A stretch of DNA of 64,000 nucleotides from Antedon mediterranea (Eukaryota > Animalia > Echinodermata), in the NCBI RefSeq assembly GCF_964355755.1, contig NC_092677.1:13104101-13168100 (forward strand). The letters are read 5' to 3'. How positions within the stretch are numbered: the first letter of the stretch is position 1; the number at the start of each line of letters is the position of its first letter. Positions 24,027 through 37,521 of the stretch are shown here, piece by piece. Under the pieces are notes generated by a model that was not told where the DNA came from, made no database searches, and saw only the letters and a program-made list of their open reading frames with translations. A program made the translations under genes and the position numbers.

Positions 24027-25550
24027 TTAAATATTTCTGGTGAACTTTTTTCCATTTTACGGTTGACAGAGTGCACTTTGTTTATAGGCTAAATAGTAAT
24101 TATGCAAATATTCTTCTTGAATCAATAATTAAGAAGCCAATTCAAGTCATATTATTCTAATCCTCTGTTTTAGTATATAAATAAGCGCTTGTTTAGAGGC
24201 GCCATCTTAGATTTTAGAATGACCACAGTAAATTTGCAACGGCACACCTCTAAATTATTTTTCATAAGGGTGTAAAAAACAACTTGGTGTGCTTTAGAGA
24301 GGTGGCAATGCGACATCTTAACGAAGCCTCTTTTTGGACCTTTTTTCCCACACTGTTCTGCTTTGTTTATCTTACTGGCTTTGTTGTTATATGTAGTAAT
24401 TATTGATATTAATCAAACTATGATTATGGTTAGAAACTCTATATCGAACGAGTATCGAATGTTTTTTTGTGGACCATACATATGTCGTCGCTAAGTCAGG
24501 CCCTGCGTTCAATCCACAGTACACCTGTCATTATACGAACACTTCTTTGAGTCTTAAAAATTAATTGCTTTTATTATGAAACTCAAGGAATTCACGTTAT
24601 ACACAGAGTAATATTAGGATACAGGGATTTATCTACGATTTATCTATCTCCAATTAGTATATCATTCTGCAGCTGTGTCCCCAGCCGATGCAAATATTGT
24701 ATGCTCCAAGGCTGCACAAGATGTCGCTGTTCTTCATTAACTTCGGACATTTTCACAATAAATAATAATTATCGCATACTAATTATTGATTGTTAGTATG
24801 CTAATTGCCAAGTAAATTACTTTCTTTATATGTATGTTTGTGCTTTTTTTCTTAAGTATTGTCCTTTTGGTAAACTAGACAAATTTACCAATTGGTGACG
24901 ACACAAAATTATCCGTATGTTTTCTTCAATATGGGTCGAAATAATGGTTCACTAAAAACGGTTCAGAATCTTGACGTGCTGCATTAAACAAGACATAATA
25001 TAGTGTTGTTTTCATTTCAAGTCGTTTTCTGGTTTATTGGTGTTATGGTATTTTTTCTTATAAAAAACAACACATTATAACTTCAAGAATGTCGTGATGA
25101 TATAAATAGATACAGTACTGCATATACTATATTATTAACTGTGTGCAATAACTGTATGATAATAATATTACAAACGAGGAAGATTTAGTGGCCAAAACCG
25201 GCAAACATTATATAAGACAATCTAATAGAGCCCGGGGACAATTTTACTGGTTCTTAAGTGTTGTTTTACACGACTAGAAGAATGTTGATAACATAGGTTG
25301 TGGCACTTCGTTATAAAACTCGGTCACTCGTCTAACTCAACATGTTCAAAACCAGGTTATATGTAAACTTGTATTTTAAATAGTAATAGGCAGAGAAAGA
25401 CATAGTTTCTTCGATCTTTATAGCTTACGACCTTATTCTAATTTACATCCAGGGAAGTATTTAGACATATCTATAGAAAGTGTCATATAGCTGGTGTTTC
25501 AATGTAAAGATAACGACGCAATAAAGGCATTTTTTCCCCACATATAATTC

Positions 25551-25682
25551 GATCCAATTCCGCCCTAAACCGTCTCGGTCAAGTCGGCCCCTAGTCAAGT
25601 AAGTCAGCCCTAAGTCAAATCAGCCCCACGTCAACTCGGCCTCACGTCAACTCGGCCAAGACGGTTTAGGGTCGACTTGATC
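25551..25682. mobile_element. Small foldback MITE with internal 15-17-bp tandem units
   Basis: Inverted pair gatc...ccctaaaccgtctcgg / ccaagacggtttaggg...gatc enclosing repeated gtcaa(c/g)tcggcc units. Confidence 0.6.
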
Positions 25683-26486
25683 TGCACCCTATCAATCACT
25701 AAATGTTATCTCTAATATTCAAAATACCAGATGCAATCTTCCTAATGTGGTGTTTTTGGAGTGGTAGCAGAGCAAGAAGTCTCCATTGAGATGCGTTACT
25801 CTATCAATTTCAGATAATTTACGGCGTTAGAAACATTTGTTTAATATCTAATTAATCCACCAACAATTACTATTTGTAACATGTTCACTGTTTATAAATG
25901 AATTAATCATAATAATTCTCTTTGCCTGTACCAATTAATGTTACACAATTATTTCTGTTTTATTTTGCAAAATTATTTATCGATGTTTTCAGTAATTGGT
26001 CTTTTTGGTGTTCATTAGAGAGCAGATTATATTAGTAATCATCCAATATTTTATTCGGAACAGCAGTAAGTTTAATGTGACATAGCACTAATTACTACAG
26101 TATGGATAGTCACATTCAATCAGTTATTTCGTTTTTTTGCAATGCAGCTACGGATGACAGATCTGATAAACATTACGTGATATCTATAAAAAGAAAGGTA
26201 ATAAAGGAAATAGGTAAACCGACCGACAAGTTAACTATTGGTAAGTTTTTTTTCCACAGGAAAAATAATGCAAAACCAGCACACAATCGACTCAACAATG
26301 TAAGGCCTATAAACATATTGCTACGATGTCGTCCCAGCGCAGCATCGATTGAAAAACAAAGTTAATTTTTTGGCTGATTTTATGTAATTTCATATTGTAA
26401 GCTTGCTGAAAACTAATATTGAAGTTCAAAAGCTAAACAAAAATAGATGGCACTATAGAAAAAGCACTCATGCATGCAATTTCTAC

Positions 26487-27921
26487 TTTACTTGTTTACT
26501 TGTTTCCGGAGCTCAGCAATGCTGGGTCCGGAGTCGAGGCTAGGCTATGCCTATAAGCCCCTCTTGATAATTACATCAACTCTTGAATATGGCGCAAATT
26601 TAAGAGGGTGGTTGGACCATGCCCGTTCAAGACCGGACTTAAATTGATTGGTTGATCTTGAAGCTACTACATCCTCCGATAACGAATTCCATAATATAAT
26701 AGCTTTTCGACCAAATGAGTCCCTCATCCAATTTGTGCGTGAGAACTTAAATTTTAATTTAAAAGAATGACCACGTGTTCTAACATCTTCATCACGCTCA
26801 AAAAAAGAATCAGCAGAAATACTATCCACTCCATGTAAAATTTTAAAAATCTGTATCAAATGAGCTCTTTGCCTTCTGTATGCGAGAGTAGGTAGGTTGA
26901 GAATGTTCAGCCTTTCTGAATAAGGTAAATGACGAATGGAAAAAATAAGCTTGGTGGCACGTTCTTGGACTTTTTCCAATAGGTCTTCCTCCTTACAATG
27001 TAGCGAGTTAAAAACAACGTTGCAGTATTCCAAGGTCTGACGAATAATAGCTTTATATAAACGAAGAAACCCATCCATATTTAAAAACTTGAAAGCTCGA
27101 TATACCATGCCCAACTTCCGATTTGCTCTCATTGCTACATCTGCCACATGTACATTAAAAACAAGTTTAGAGTCAATAGTAACACCGAGGTCTTTTTCAT
27201 GATCAACTTCATTCAATAAGAAACCACGCATGGCATACAGATGTTTTTTGTTTTTCTTCCCAAAGTGCATTACTTTGCACTTACCCTCGTTAAAAGGTAA
27301 TTGCCATTTGTCAGACCAGTCACATGCTTTATCTAAATCTTCTTGTAGAACTTGAGCATCATTCACAGTGTTAACTACTCTATACAATTTAGTATCATCT
27401 GCAAACATGCGTACAGAGGAAGAAATAACAGAAGGTAAATCATTTATAAACATAATGAAAAGAACAGGTCCAACGACGCTTCCTTGCGGGATACCACTAC
27501 GAACATCAGCCCAATCTGAAACACATCCATTGACACTAACCCGTTGTTGTCTATCGTTAAGAAATTCTTGAAACCAGTTTAGAAGTTTACCTCTAATACC
27601 CAATGCACTCATTTTCAGAAGGAGTCTATGATGAGGCACACTATCGAAAGCCTTCTTGTAGTCAAGGTAGATACAATCAAAACAATCCTGATTATCAAAA
27701 TAAGAAAACCAGTTTTCAAGAACATCAAGTAATTGTAAAGCACAGGAACGACCTTGCCGGAAACCAAATTGCTCATAACAAATAAGTGAGTGATGTTCAA
27801 GAAAGTCCAATAATTCCTTCCTGATAATTCTCTCCATAATTTTACCAACTACCGAAGTTAAACTCACAGGTCTATAGTTGCTTGGGTCAGACTTCACTCC
27901 TTTTTTAAAAATCGGTACCAC
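26487..27921 (-). mobile_element. 5'-truncated CR1-clade LINE with intact RT ORF and 3' tail
   Basis: Carries the uninterrupted 456-aa ORF. Short 3' UTR with a stem-loop (tccggagctcagc-aat-gctgggtccgga) and a (CAAGTAAA)n 8-bp tail at 26487-26505. Confidence 0.93.
26551..27921 (-). CDS. CR1-type reverse transcriptase (partial ORF2, endonuclease domain missing)
   Basis: Motifs VPIFKKG, NYRPVSLTS, QFGFR, YLDYKKAFDSVPH, GIPQGSVVGPVLF, FADD, EKDLGV, LEKVQERATK, RTRGH. Confidence 0.92.
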   Translation of the reverse strand: MVPIFKKGVKSDPSNYRPVSLTSVVGKIMERIIRKELLDFLEHHSLICYEQFGFRQGRSCALQLLDVLENWFSYFDNQDCFDCIYLDYKKAFDSVPHHRLLLKMSALGIRGKLLNWFQEFLNDRQQRVSVNGCVSDWADVRSGIPQGSVVGPVLFIMFINDLPSVISSSVRMFADDTKLYRVVNTVNDAQVLQEDLDKACDWSDKWQLPFNEGKCKVMHFGKKNKKHLYAMRGFLLNEVDHEKDLGVTIDSKLVFNVHVADVAMRANRKLGMVYRAFKFLNMDGFLRLYKAIIRQTLEYCNVVFNSLHCKEEDLLEKVQERATKLIFSIRHLPYSERLNILNLPTLAYRRQRAHLIQIFKILHGVDSISADSFFERDEDVRTRGHSFKLKFKFSRTNWMRDSFGRKAIILWNSLSEDVVASRSTNQFKSGLERAWSNHPLKFAPYSRVDVIIKRGL

Positions 27922-30900
27922 TGAACACTAAAATAGTGTTAATGCTCAATTGCAGAAAGAAGACTCTAGATTTCTCTATTTAAAAAAAATATAAATAAAA
28001 TTACAGTAACTAATTAATAGAGCTAAAATTTATATACGGTGATAGTATATAGTGATTGGTTTACGGTAACTTTGACGATGTCAAAACAGACAACGAAATG
28101 ACGAGAACAAAATATTGCCTCAGCAGTAAGCTCATTCTGTATGCAACATTAAGCTATTAAAGAAATTGTACACTTAATTAGAACATTCTAAAACAAAACA
28201 TTCGTTTAAAAACAAATCATAGATATATTTTTAAAACAAATACAAAACATGAACTCCCTTATGAGAGCATGTTGAATATTTATGAAACCAATTGTTTATG
28301 GCCTATTCCCATTGGCCATAAATAGACAGAGATAGAATGTATATGAATTAATGTCTAGCATACAAATGCTCATTTGAAATATAATTTATATTATTCTAGA
28401 AAATAAAGTTAGGACGAGCTCACAAAGACCGTATGTTTTATTGATGCTGAAATGAATATAAGAAGACTTACATTTAATTTGGAATTGGGTTTTACAAATT
28501 TCAGTTTTATATATATATAAAAGATATGAAATGAAAACCAAATGCATATAACGAAACCATGTGATTTTGAGGTATTTCAATAAGTACAAACGAAACAGGT
28601 ACTAATGATGTCGATGGCAATATCGATGATGGAGGTCCTAAATGGCTGTTATGGCAAAGGTAATACACTAGTTTCTGAGAGGACGATATCAATAATGGAG
28701 ATCCGAAGAAGTCAATGGTTATTATCAGGAAATTATACAGTAGAAATAGAAGATTATATTGATGAATGGAGGTCATACGGAAGGCAGTGGCTGTTCTGAC
28801 GAATTGGAATACGATTTCGAGGACGATTTCGATCATGAAGGTCGTAGGAAGGTGGTGGCTAAACATTTAGTTAAAAATTGTAAAAATTACAAGCAACACT
28901 TAAAACAAACAAATTGGCGTGGTCAGTGATAACGTTTCCATGCGTCATTGAATTTTCATATCGTTGATGTATTGAAGTATTACCCTAAAAATAAAGAAAA
29001 AACTATTATAGGTATCATTGTCGAATTTTAGTAGTGGTCATAAATCATAGATGGATTGGCAATAAAAATGGAAGAGTTAACAAACTTTTGATGGTATGAC
29101 CCTGCAATATGTAGAACACTGAAGCTTCCTAGTGTGTACAGTTTGCAATCCACCAATATCTGATGAAGTTAAATACTGATCATCAGCTAATTCTCTGCAA
29201 AATCATGCTGCTGCTAGAGCATATCATTCACAGTTCAACCGTGCAACACTTGAATTCATGTTGTTCCACAGATTATGAACTCAGATACTCAAATTGTGTC
29301 TTGTTACAGTTTTTGTTTAAGCAGTATCATAATTATGTTGAAGGACCTTCCATGGGAGTTTCTTTGACATAGAAAGCGTGTGCCTAAAGTTACTGTGATA
29401 TGCAGTACAATACAATCAACACATCTTGTGGAATTCAGACACAAGATGTCACAGCAACCAGAAGTTCAGAATTCCTAAATCCAGAGTCAGCATTTTTGTC
29501 TTTGGAACAAACTATCCCAAGAGCATTTGGAGTACACATCACTAGAGAGAAATCAAGTATCTCTGCTGTTAACATAAACTAGAAATTCAATATCATTATA
29601 TACAAAATATAAAAATATATAAATAAAATAAATGAAAAATATGAAAGAAATTTAGAAGCTCGTCTGCTTAAACGAGTTCATTTAAAGGGGGATTTTGATA
29701 ATGCTACATTGGAGTCTCCTGATCAGTGCCAGGTTTTAGAGTCCCTGGTGTTATGTACTTCAAGAAAATGTCTTAAAACCGTTGTTATTCGTGGTATACA
29801 TCAGTGATTTTAGTGCTACAATATGTTGGAGAATAAACACAGAAGCCAAGAAATCGAGAAGCTCGGCTGCATAACTGTGACCAACCTATGCTCTAACGAG
29901 CTTCTCCACAGTAAATTGCTTCATAAAGGGATATTTTGAATATCACTGATAATAAAAATTCCATTATTGTTTTGGAAAAACCATATTAAAGTACCGGTAA
30001 TCATATTAACAAATCCTATTTTAGATTTTTCGTGTGCAGAGGTTGTGCAAAGACATTTTCTACATGTCTGTGTAACGTAATTCCTACGTTATTATTTAGA
30101 TAAGTGTGGATATTACTACACTCTACATCGGTATAACAAAATGTGAATTTCGTCAGACTGTGTCAGTAAATTATTTTCATTTATAGAATGTCTTGCTTTC
30201 TTGCTTTACAGCATTAATAAATGCACCATAATGAGCTTGAGCAGTGGGAGTCTAGGTACATTTACTGCTCCTTCGATCATCATGCCCATACATTAAGATG
30301 ATATATCGATCCCAAGTGACATGTCATGTACATTTGCGTGCGCGATGCAATTGAAAGCCTAGAGACTAAAACCATCACCATTTTCTCTTATATAAGACAA
30401 CATTTGGAATTAGTTAGCGCGCGCAAGATTTTTTTTTTATCATTGAATTCGTGAATATAACGGCCATTTTTAAAAAAGCATTTGTAATGAAACATAATAT
30501 TAGATAGGTTTCTTTGGTCGAATAGGTCGAATATAAGTTAGTTTTTTTTGTTTTATTTTCAGAAAACTTATTATTTTTGTATGTAAGAACAGAAATTGTG
30601 CTTTTTCAAATAATCTTGTATCTGTAAAGGTTATTGAAATAGAGCTGGATATTCTTAATTTATGAACTACAGTACATGACCATGAACATTTGCCCGGAGC
30701 CGGTCTTAATTCACGCGTTCGGTTACTACAAATTGTATTATATAATTACAATATTCAGCTTTTCATCTGCGTGTTGAATTCTTAAATTGGTTTTATGCCT
30801 TGTGTGCTACTAATCAGAAAATAATAATATATTTCTAAAGCTTCCTGCAAAAAGTGTTGCATTATAATGTTACAAGAGTGGCTTATTCCTTTTACAAACT

Positions 30901-31409
30901 GTCTTGAATATTGATGGTGTCGGTACATCTTTGTAAATGGAGCCATGCCATGTATTCTGTTGAGGAATTACCGTAAAATGAACCCCTCTGTGGTTTGCAA
31001 AAGATGATAGAAAGTTGAGAAAATTTGTTATGAGTAGTTGTACGATATGAGGATGTTTATGAAAATATGTTAAAGATGTAAAACTTATTAGGCAAATAAA
31101 CTGTAATGTTTGTTAGTATAAGCAATTTTATGTTAATTAAGATATAAGGAAGAAAAGCAAACAGATTATGGAGCAGCTGTACCTGAATATACAACACAAG
31201 TATTTTAAGGTTAAAATACTAGAAATTTAGGCGATCTTGTCAAAGGTCAAGCGTCTTCAGCCTGCCTTGTTTCGATATTCAATATTGAACTTGACCTAAT
31301 AAAGGTAGTTTGATTGCACCTTTTAACTTCTTCTTGCCTTCTTCCTTGGCAAATGTGGCACAGAAATTCTCAAAATCTTATTATCGTAGTAGCAAGTAAT
31401 CTTGACAAG

Positions 31410-31633
31410 AAGCCCCCTTTGAAAAGTCCTAAAAAAGAAGAATCACTTCTTTTCGAGGTTTCACTGTATATAATTTACAATTCAAATGTATGGGTAGATC
31501 TAATAGTATTGCAATAATAATATAATATATTTTATATAATCAATAATATAATATTTATCTCTTAATATTACTTTAAGAAACCCACCTAAGAGTCTAAAAA
31601 AGCCCATGGGCTTCTTTTCGAGGTTTTACGGTA
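31410..31633. mobile_element. Two right-end fragments of the Tc1/mariner-like family seen at 3044-3164
   Basis: aagccccc...cttcttttcgaggtttcactgta and taagaaacccacctaagagt...cccatgggcttcttttcgaggttttacggta. Confidence 0.5.
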
Positions 31634-32312
31634 TTTAATTTACAATTCAAAGGTACAGTAGTAATAATGCAATACTAATGATATAAATAAATATAAATAA
31701 AAACATTATCATTATGACAATTTATCCCTCGTTCCCTTTTAAGGTTTGAATTTGAAAAAGTACTGATAATTCTTAAAAGTTCACTATTTGAAAGAGCACC
31801 AACGATTAACATGGCTCCAAATATCTACATAATAATATATAACTCGTGGTACTTTTATGAAACTAACTATCTAGGCCTATATAATGGAATTCTTGAATCG
31901 ACCTCATTCACTTGACTGGATGCAAACTATCTATTTCTCCACAGGTGTTTCTGAATTACGTTGTAATACATTTAGCTAATGCATTTCCGCTTTACTTATT
32001 TTAGCTGAATACTTTTTTTTCATTTAAGAATTCTATGAATTCACTATGCATCACACTATAATGAAAGGCTGTATTGTTTATTTTATTGTTTTATATATCT
32101 ATTTCATACTAATCCATTTTTCGTACAAACTTTTCTTGTTTCCTAGATACGACATTTCATCATTTTAATTAAACATGTTACAATACTAATACAAATGTTC
32201 ACAATAAACTCATATTCGACTAGGTCTTAATATTATGTAAATAATCAGGCTTTATCATTGATCATTTTTATATTAGGAAACAATGCTGTTAAGACAGTGG
32301 AACCGTAATTAC

Positions 32313-32592
32313 GTAGCCATAACATCGGCAGGGGTTCGAGGCTCACTCACTCCATGGTTCTGGTGGTAGAACGAGTCTTCTCGGATAAGGACTATAAACC
32401 GTAGGTCCAGTGTATACATCTAGCTCGTGTGCACTTTAAAGAACCTAGTACATCTTTCGAGACGAGTAGGGGGTTACCCCGGTGTATTAGTACATCACAG
32501 CCACTGATCACCAACTGGGCCCTCTGGGAGACCAGTCTTTGACTGAAGAGGTTACCCAGTATAGATATAAATTTCAATTCAATTCAATTCAA
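32313..32592 (+). mobile_element. tRNA-derived SINE with a Deu/Nin-type central domain, 5' truncated
   Basis: B-box GGTTCGAGGC at 32333. Central ggataaggactataaaccgtaggtcc...gcactttaaagaacc...gagtagggggttaccccggtgt resembles the Deu domain as I recall it. Ends in a (TTCAA)n tail. Confidence 0.75.
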
Positions 32593-35513
32593 TGCTCACA
32601 ATATTATTGTATTATATTTGGTAAAAAGCACCCTTTTTTACTGTACTGTTTAAATTCAAACAATATGTTTTCGACTTTACCAATGCTATGCAAATACATT
32701 CTAAAAATTGTTTACGATTAACAGAATTTGTGTTAGCAAGATTCAAATTCGAGAGACATTGAAACAATACTATACTATTATTATTTTGTATACCGGTATT
32801 GTTTTTATCATATTTATTTTATTCTATAGTTTATTATGTTACAGATCCACGTTTTAATAAGACGTAGATTATTATAAATTATACAGAATTGAAAACCTGG
32901 CATATTTTGTATGCATATTGTTGTATAATATATACACACAAATTCTGGCTATAAGAAGTCCGTATTAACACGCCCGGGAGCAAAGCATGCTGTATAACAC
33001 AATATTAATGAATTCTTATACAATTTCTGATTGGTTAACCGAGACGCGGCTCATCAATCTTGGCATTCTATAAAAAGATAGTATTCATAAAATACCTTCC
33101 TAATTTTTACGACTATAAATTTTCATGTGGCTATGTAATGAGCCTAATATAATGTTGCATTATGCCTAAAACATGCACATGTGAATAACGCTATATTATA
33201 CAGTATTATCGAACCGCTATTTTATTTATAATATTTAATTTCGTTCCATTATGAAAGAATAATTTTTTTTTAACAAACACGATAGGACTAATTATGTAAA
33301 ATAAATGAAATTGACTACCATATACATTAATCGAAACATGTCATTTCATTATGTAAAAATATAATATTATTAGGGTTCCGTATCTTAATTTAAAGGCGTT
33401 CCGTCATTATTTTAATACGTTTGTCAACTTTTAGATTAGAATAATGAACAATGCCAGATGTGAATGAATGTGCCTATGATTCTACATACATTCTGTCATT
33501 GCTTGGATACAGCAAAACAAATCGGCAACGGTAAGTTTTCATGATTTAAAGACTAAATATAAAATAGTTACAATAGTGTATTAATTACAGGTGATAGGAA
33601 CATGTTTATATAAAGAAACCAAAGTCACCTCTAGTTCTACTTGTGTTAGTAATCTGTGTAATATCCCTGATCATTATAGCCTAACGTTTTCTTAAATAAT
33701 CAAAAGGTTGTAGTTTATTTTGAATAATCAACAGACTAAGTATTTCTGTAAGAGAAGCAGCGTCCGGTAAATTTAATTTAATTATAATTATATTTCGATA
33801 TTTTATTGATTATAATATGCCCATTAATAATACCCTGGAGAGAGAGCAAATTTGGAGCAAATGCAATCATTCATCAAGTAGTTAATAGCTATTTACGTGG
33901 CATTACAACAAAGAATAATTTGATAAACCACGCATTCTTCAAATTGAAACCTTCAAAATACTATATAGGCCTAGGCCTAAAACTACTTTATGAGGATGAA
34001 GCTGAAGGTCCCCGAGTAAATAATTCAATACCCACACTATACGCCAACAGTCAATGGTCAGGCTTGAATATTGCTATTATTGTAAAACGCTTTCTTGTAT
34101 CTAGCGTGTTCGTTAATGGAGCGTCCACAACAACACCACTCGGTGTTTCATCTACCACAAGGACATTTTAAGTCATTAGTGACGTTCATGAGGGGATGAA
34201 CAATGCAACATTATGTCTTGTTATATAAGAAGCTTTTGCACGTCTTTTCATTCATTAAGTATACTCATTGCAGTTTTATTAAGGTAAAAATCATTACTGG
34301 TTACTGCGACTCATAATACGTTTATCTAGAAAATAAACACGTGCATGAAAGATGAAAGGAAAAAATAAAAAGAAAACAAATGAACAGAAAACGTCGCGAT
34401 TTGAAATGAAACCACTAAAACAGAAGTTACAACTATAAGTGTGTTTATTATTTTAATGTTTGAATTGAATAACTGAAGTATGACGGAAATGTTTGCAGCT
34501 ATATAAATGAATCACTTACTAGCCTACTATGATTTTAATTTATCTCCACTTCTGTCCTACGCAACATAAAGAAAACAGCTAACAGTTTTGGAACTGCGAG
34601 CACATGTGTGAAGTATCATTTTTTAGGGTCCCTAATGATCAGCTTAGTATGGTGGATGGATCACCCTCATTAAATATTGTTCAAATAAAAAATAAATAAA
34701 AAAAATCACATACAGTACTATACGGTAATATACGTGTACCCAAAATAATAATTTTTATATGAGTTGACAGACACGTTTTATTACTTTACTGTGGTTGGAA
34801 TAGAGCGAGCTTTTACATAAGATTTATCTCAGACATCAACGAAAGCACATATCAAATAATATGTTGATCTTGGCTAGTTACTTTTGACTTCCGTTCAAAA
34901 AGTGACACTGCAACAAATTGAGCCAATCTGTCTTTGAAAAAATTACATAGTAAAAATGCCAGAAAAACTCTCTGAGGCAAAATGTTACGTCTAAAAATAA
35001 AGATCAGAAGAAAAACTCCAGTTACAGTATTTCATATTTAAATATCCGCATGGAGTATGGTTCATACAGTTGTTCAAACCCCTTTTAAATTTACTATACT
35101 ATGTTCAATAGAACATGAACCCAGTCAAAGTAATTTTGTGACCTTTGACCCTGAATTAAACTTCGACCTATGTGACCTAAGTTAGGAACATAAATGAACG
35201 GAAGAAAGGAAATCAGACCTGTCGTCTGCAATTGTGGTAGCGTTTTAAAATGTTGCCAAAAAGAAGAAAAAGAATCGACTGAAAACAGAACTCAGACAAC
35301 CAAAGTTGACTGGATAAATAAGAAGTAATTTGAGCTTCAATAGACAGTTAAATTATTCATACTATTATTATTTTCATTTAAATATTAGTAAACGCATCAA
35401 TTTCCATAATTCCATTGATTATTCATCTTAATTTATACGATAGTTAATTTCCTATATAAAATTCATTTCCTACCGTGTTTTCACACTGCAATTATGATTT
35501 TTGTTCTTTGACT

Positions 35514-37454
35514 AATACAATTCATGGTCATTTCAAGTAGTACATAGAATGTAGCACTGATTCTATCATCGTGACTACCGAATACAATTCATGGTCATTT
35601 CAAGTAGTACATAGAATGTAGCACCGATTCTATCATCGTGACTACCGAATACAATTCATAGTCATTTCAAGTAGTACATATAATGTAGCACCGATTATAT
35701 CATCGTGACTACCGAATACAATTCATGGTCATTTCAAGTAGTACATAGAATGTAGCACTGATTCTATCATCGTGACTACCGAATACAATTCATGGTCATT
35801 TCAAGTAGTACATAGAATGTAGCACTGATTCTATCATCGTGACTACCGAATACAATTCATGGTCATTTCAAGTAGTACATAGAATGTAGCACTGATTCTA
35901 TCATCGTGACTACTGAATACAATTCATGGTCATGTCAAGTAGTACATAGAATGTAGCACTGATTCTATCATCGTGACTACTGAATACAATTCATGGTCAT
36001 GTCAAGTAGTACATAGAATGTAGCACTGATTCTATCACCGTGACTACTGAATACAATTCATGGTCATGTCAAGTAGTACATAGAATGTAGCACCGATTCT
36101 ATCGTCGTGACTACCGAATACAATTCATGGTCATTTCAAGTAGTACATAGAATGTAGACTGATTCTATCATCGTGACTACCGAATACAATTCATGGTCAT
36201 TTCAAGTAGTACATAGAATGTAGCACTGATTCTATCATCGTGACTACCGAATACAATTCATAGTCATGTCAAGTAGTACATAGAATGTAGCACTGATTCT
36301 ATCATCGTGACTACCGAATACAATTCATAGTCATGTCAAGTAGTACATAGAATGTAGCACTGATTCTATCATCGTGACTACCGATTACAATTCATGGTCA
36401 TTTCAAGTAGTACATAGAATGTAGCACTGATTCTATCATCGTGACTACCGAATACAATTCATGGTCATTTCAAGTAGTACATAGAATGTAGACTGATTCT
36501 ATCATCGTGACTACCGAATACAATTCATGGTCATTTCAAGTAGTACATAGAATGTAGCACCGATTCTATCATCGTGACTACTGAATACAATTCATGGTCA
36601 TTTCAAGTAGTACATAGAATGTAGCACTGATTCTATCATCGTGACTACCGAATACAATTCATGGTCATGTCAAGTAGTACATAGAATGTAGCACTGATTC
36701 TATCATCGTGACTACTGAATACAATTCATGGTCATTTCAAGTAGTACATAGAATGTAGCACTGATTCTATCATCGTGACTACCGAATACAATTCATGGTC
36801 ATTTCAAGTAGTACATAGAATGTAGCACTGATTCTATCATCGTGACTACCGAATACAATTCATGGTCATTTCAAGTAGTACATAGAATGTAGCACCGATT
36901 CTATCATCGTGACTACTGAATACAATTCATGGTCATTTCAAGTAGTACATAGAATGTAGCACTGATTCTATCATCGTGACTACCGAATACAATTCATGGT
37001 CATTTCAAGTAGTACATAGAATGTAGCACTGATTCTATCATCGTGACTACCGAATACAATTCATGGTCATTTCAAGTAGTACATAGAATGTAGCACTGAT
37101 TCTATCATCGTGACTACCGAATACAATTCATAGTCATGTCAAGTAGTACATAGAATGTAGCACTGATTCTATCATCGTGACTACCGAATACAATTCATGG
37201 TCATTTCAAGTAGTACATAGAATGTAGCACTGATTCTATCACCGTGACTACCGAATACAATTCATGGTCATGTCAAGTAGTACATAGAATGTAGCACCGA
37301 TTCTATCATCGTGACTACCGAATACAATTCATGGTCATTTCAAGTAGTACATAGAATGTAGCACTGATTCTATCATCGTGACTACCGAATACAATTCATG
37401 GTCATTTCAAGTAGTACATAGAATGTAGCACCGATTCTATCATCGTGACTACCG
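35514..37454 (+). repeat. 67-bp tandem satellite, 29 near-identical copies
   Basis: Unit aatacaattcatggtcatttcaagtagtacatagaatgtagcactgattctatcatcgtgactaccg. Span 1941 bp = 29x67 minus two 1-bp deletions (gtagact variants at about 36157 and 36491). Confidence 0.97.
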
Positions 37455-37521
37455 AATAAACATAAACATACAGTATGAATGTATGTAAAATGCATTGAAA
37501 CATGACACGTGACTTGCCTTA

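Noticed and set aside
35514-37454. CRISPR-like array or hammerhead-ribozyme satellite
   Set aside because: There are no unique spacers, no cas genes, and the context is eukaryotic. Neither strand has the CUGANGA...GAAA hammerhead core, and 67 bp is not a codon multiple.
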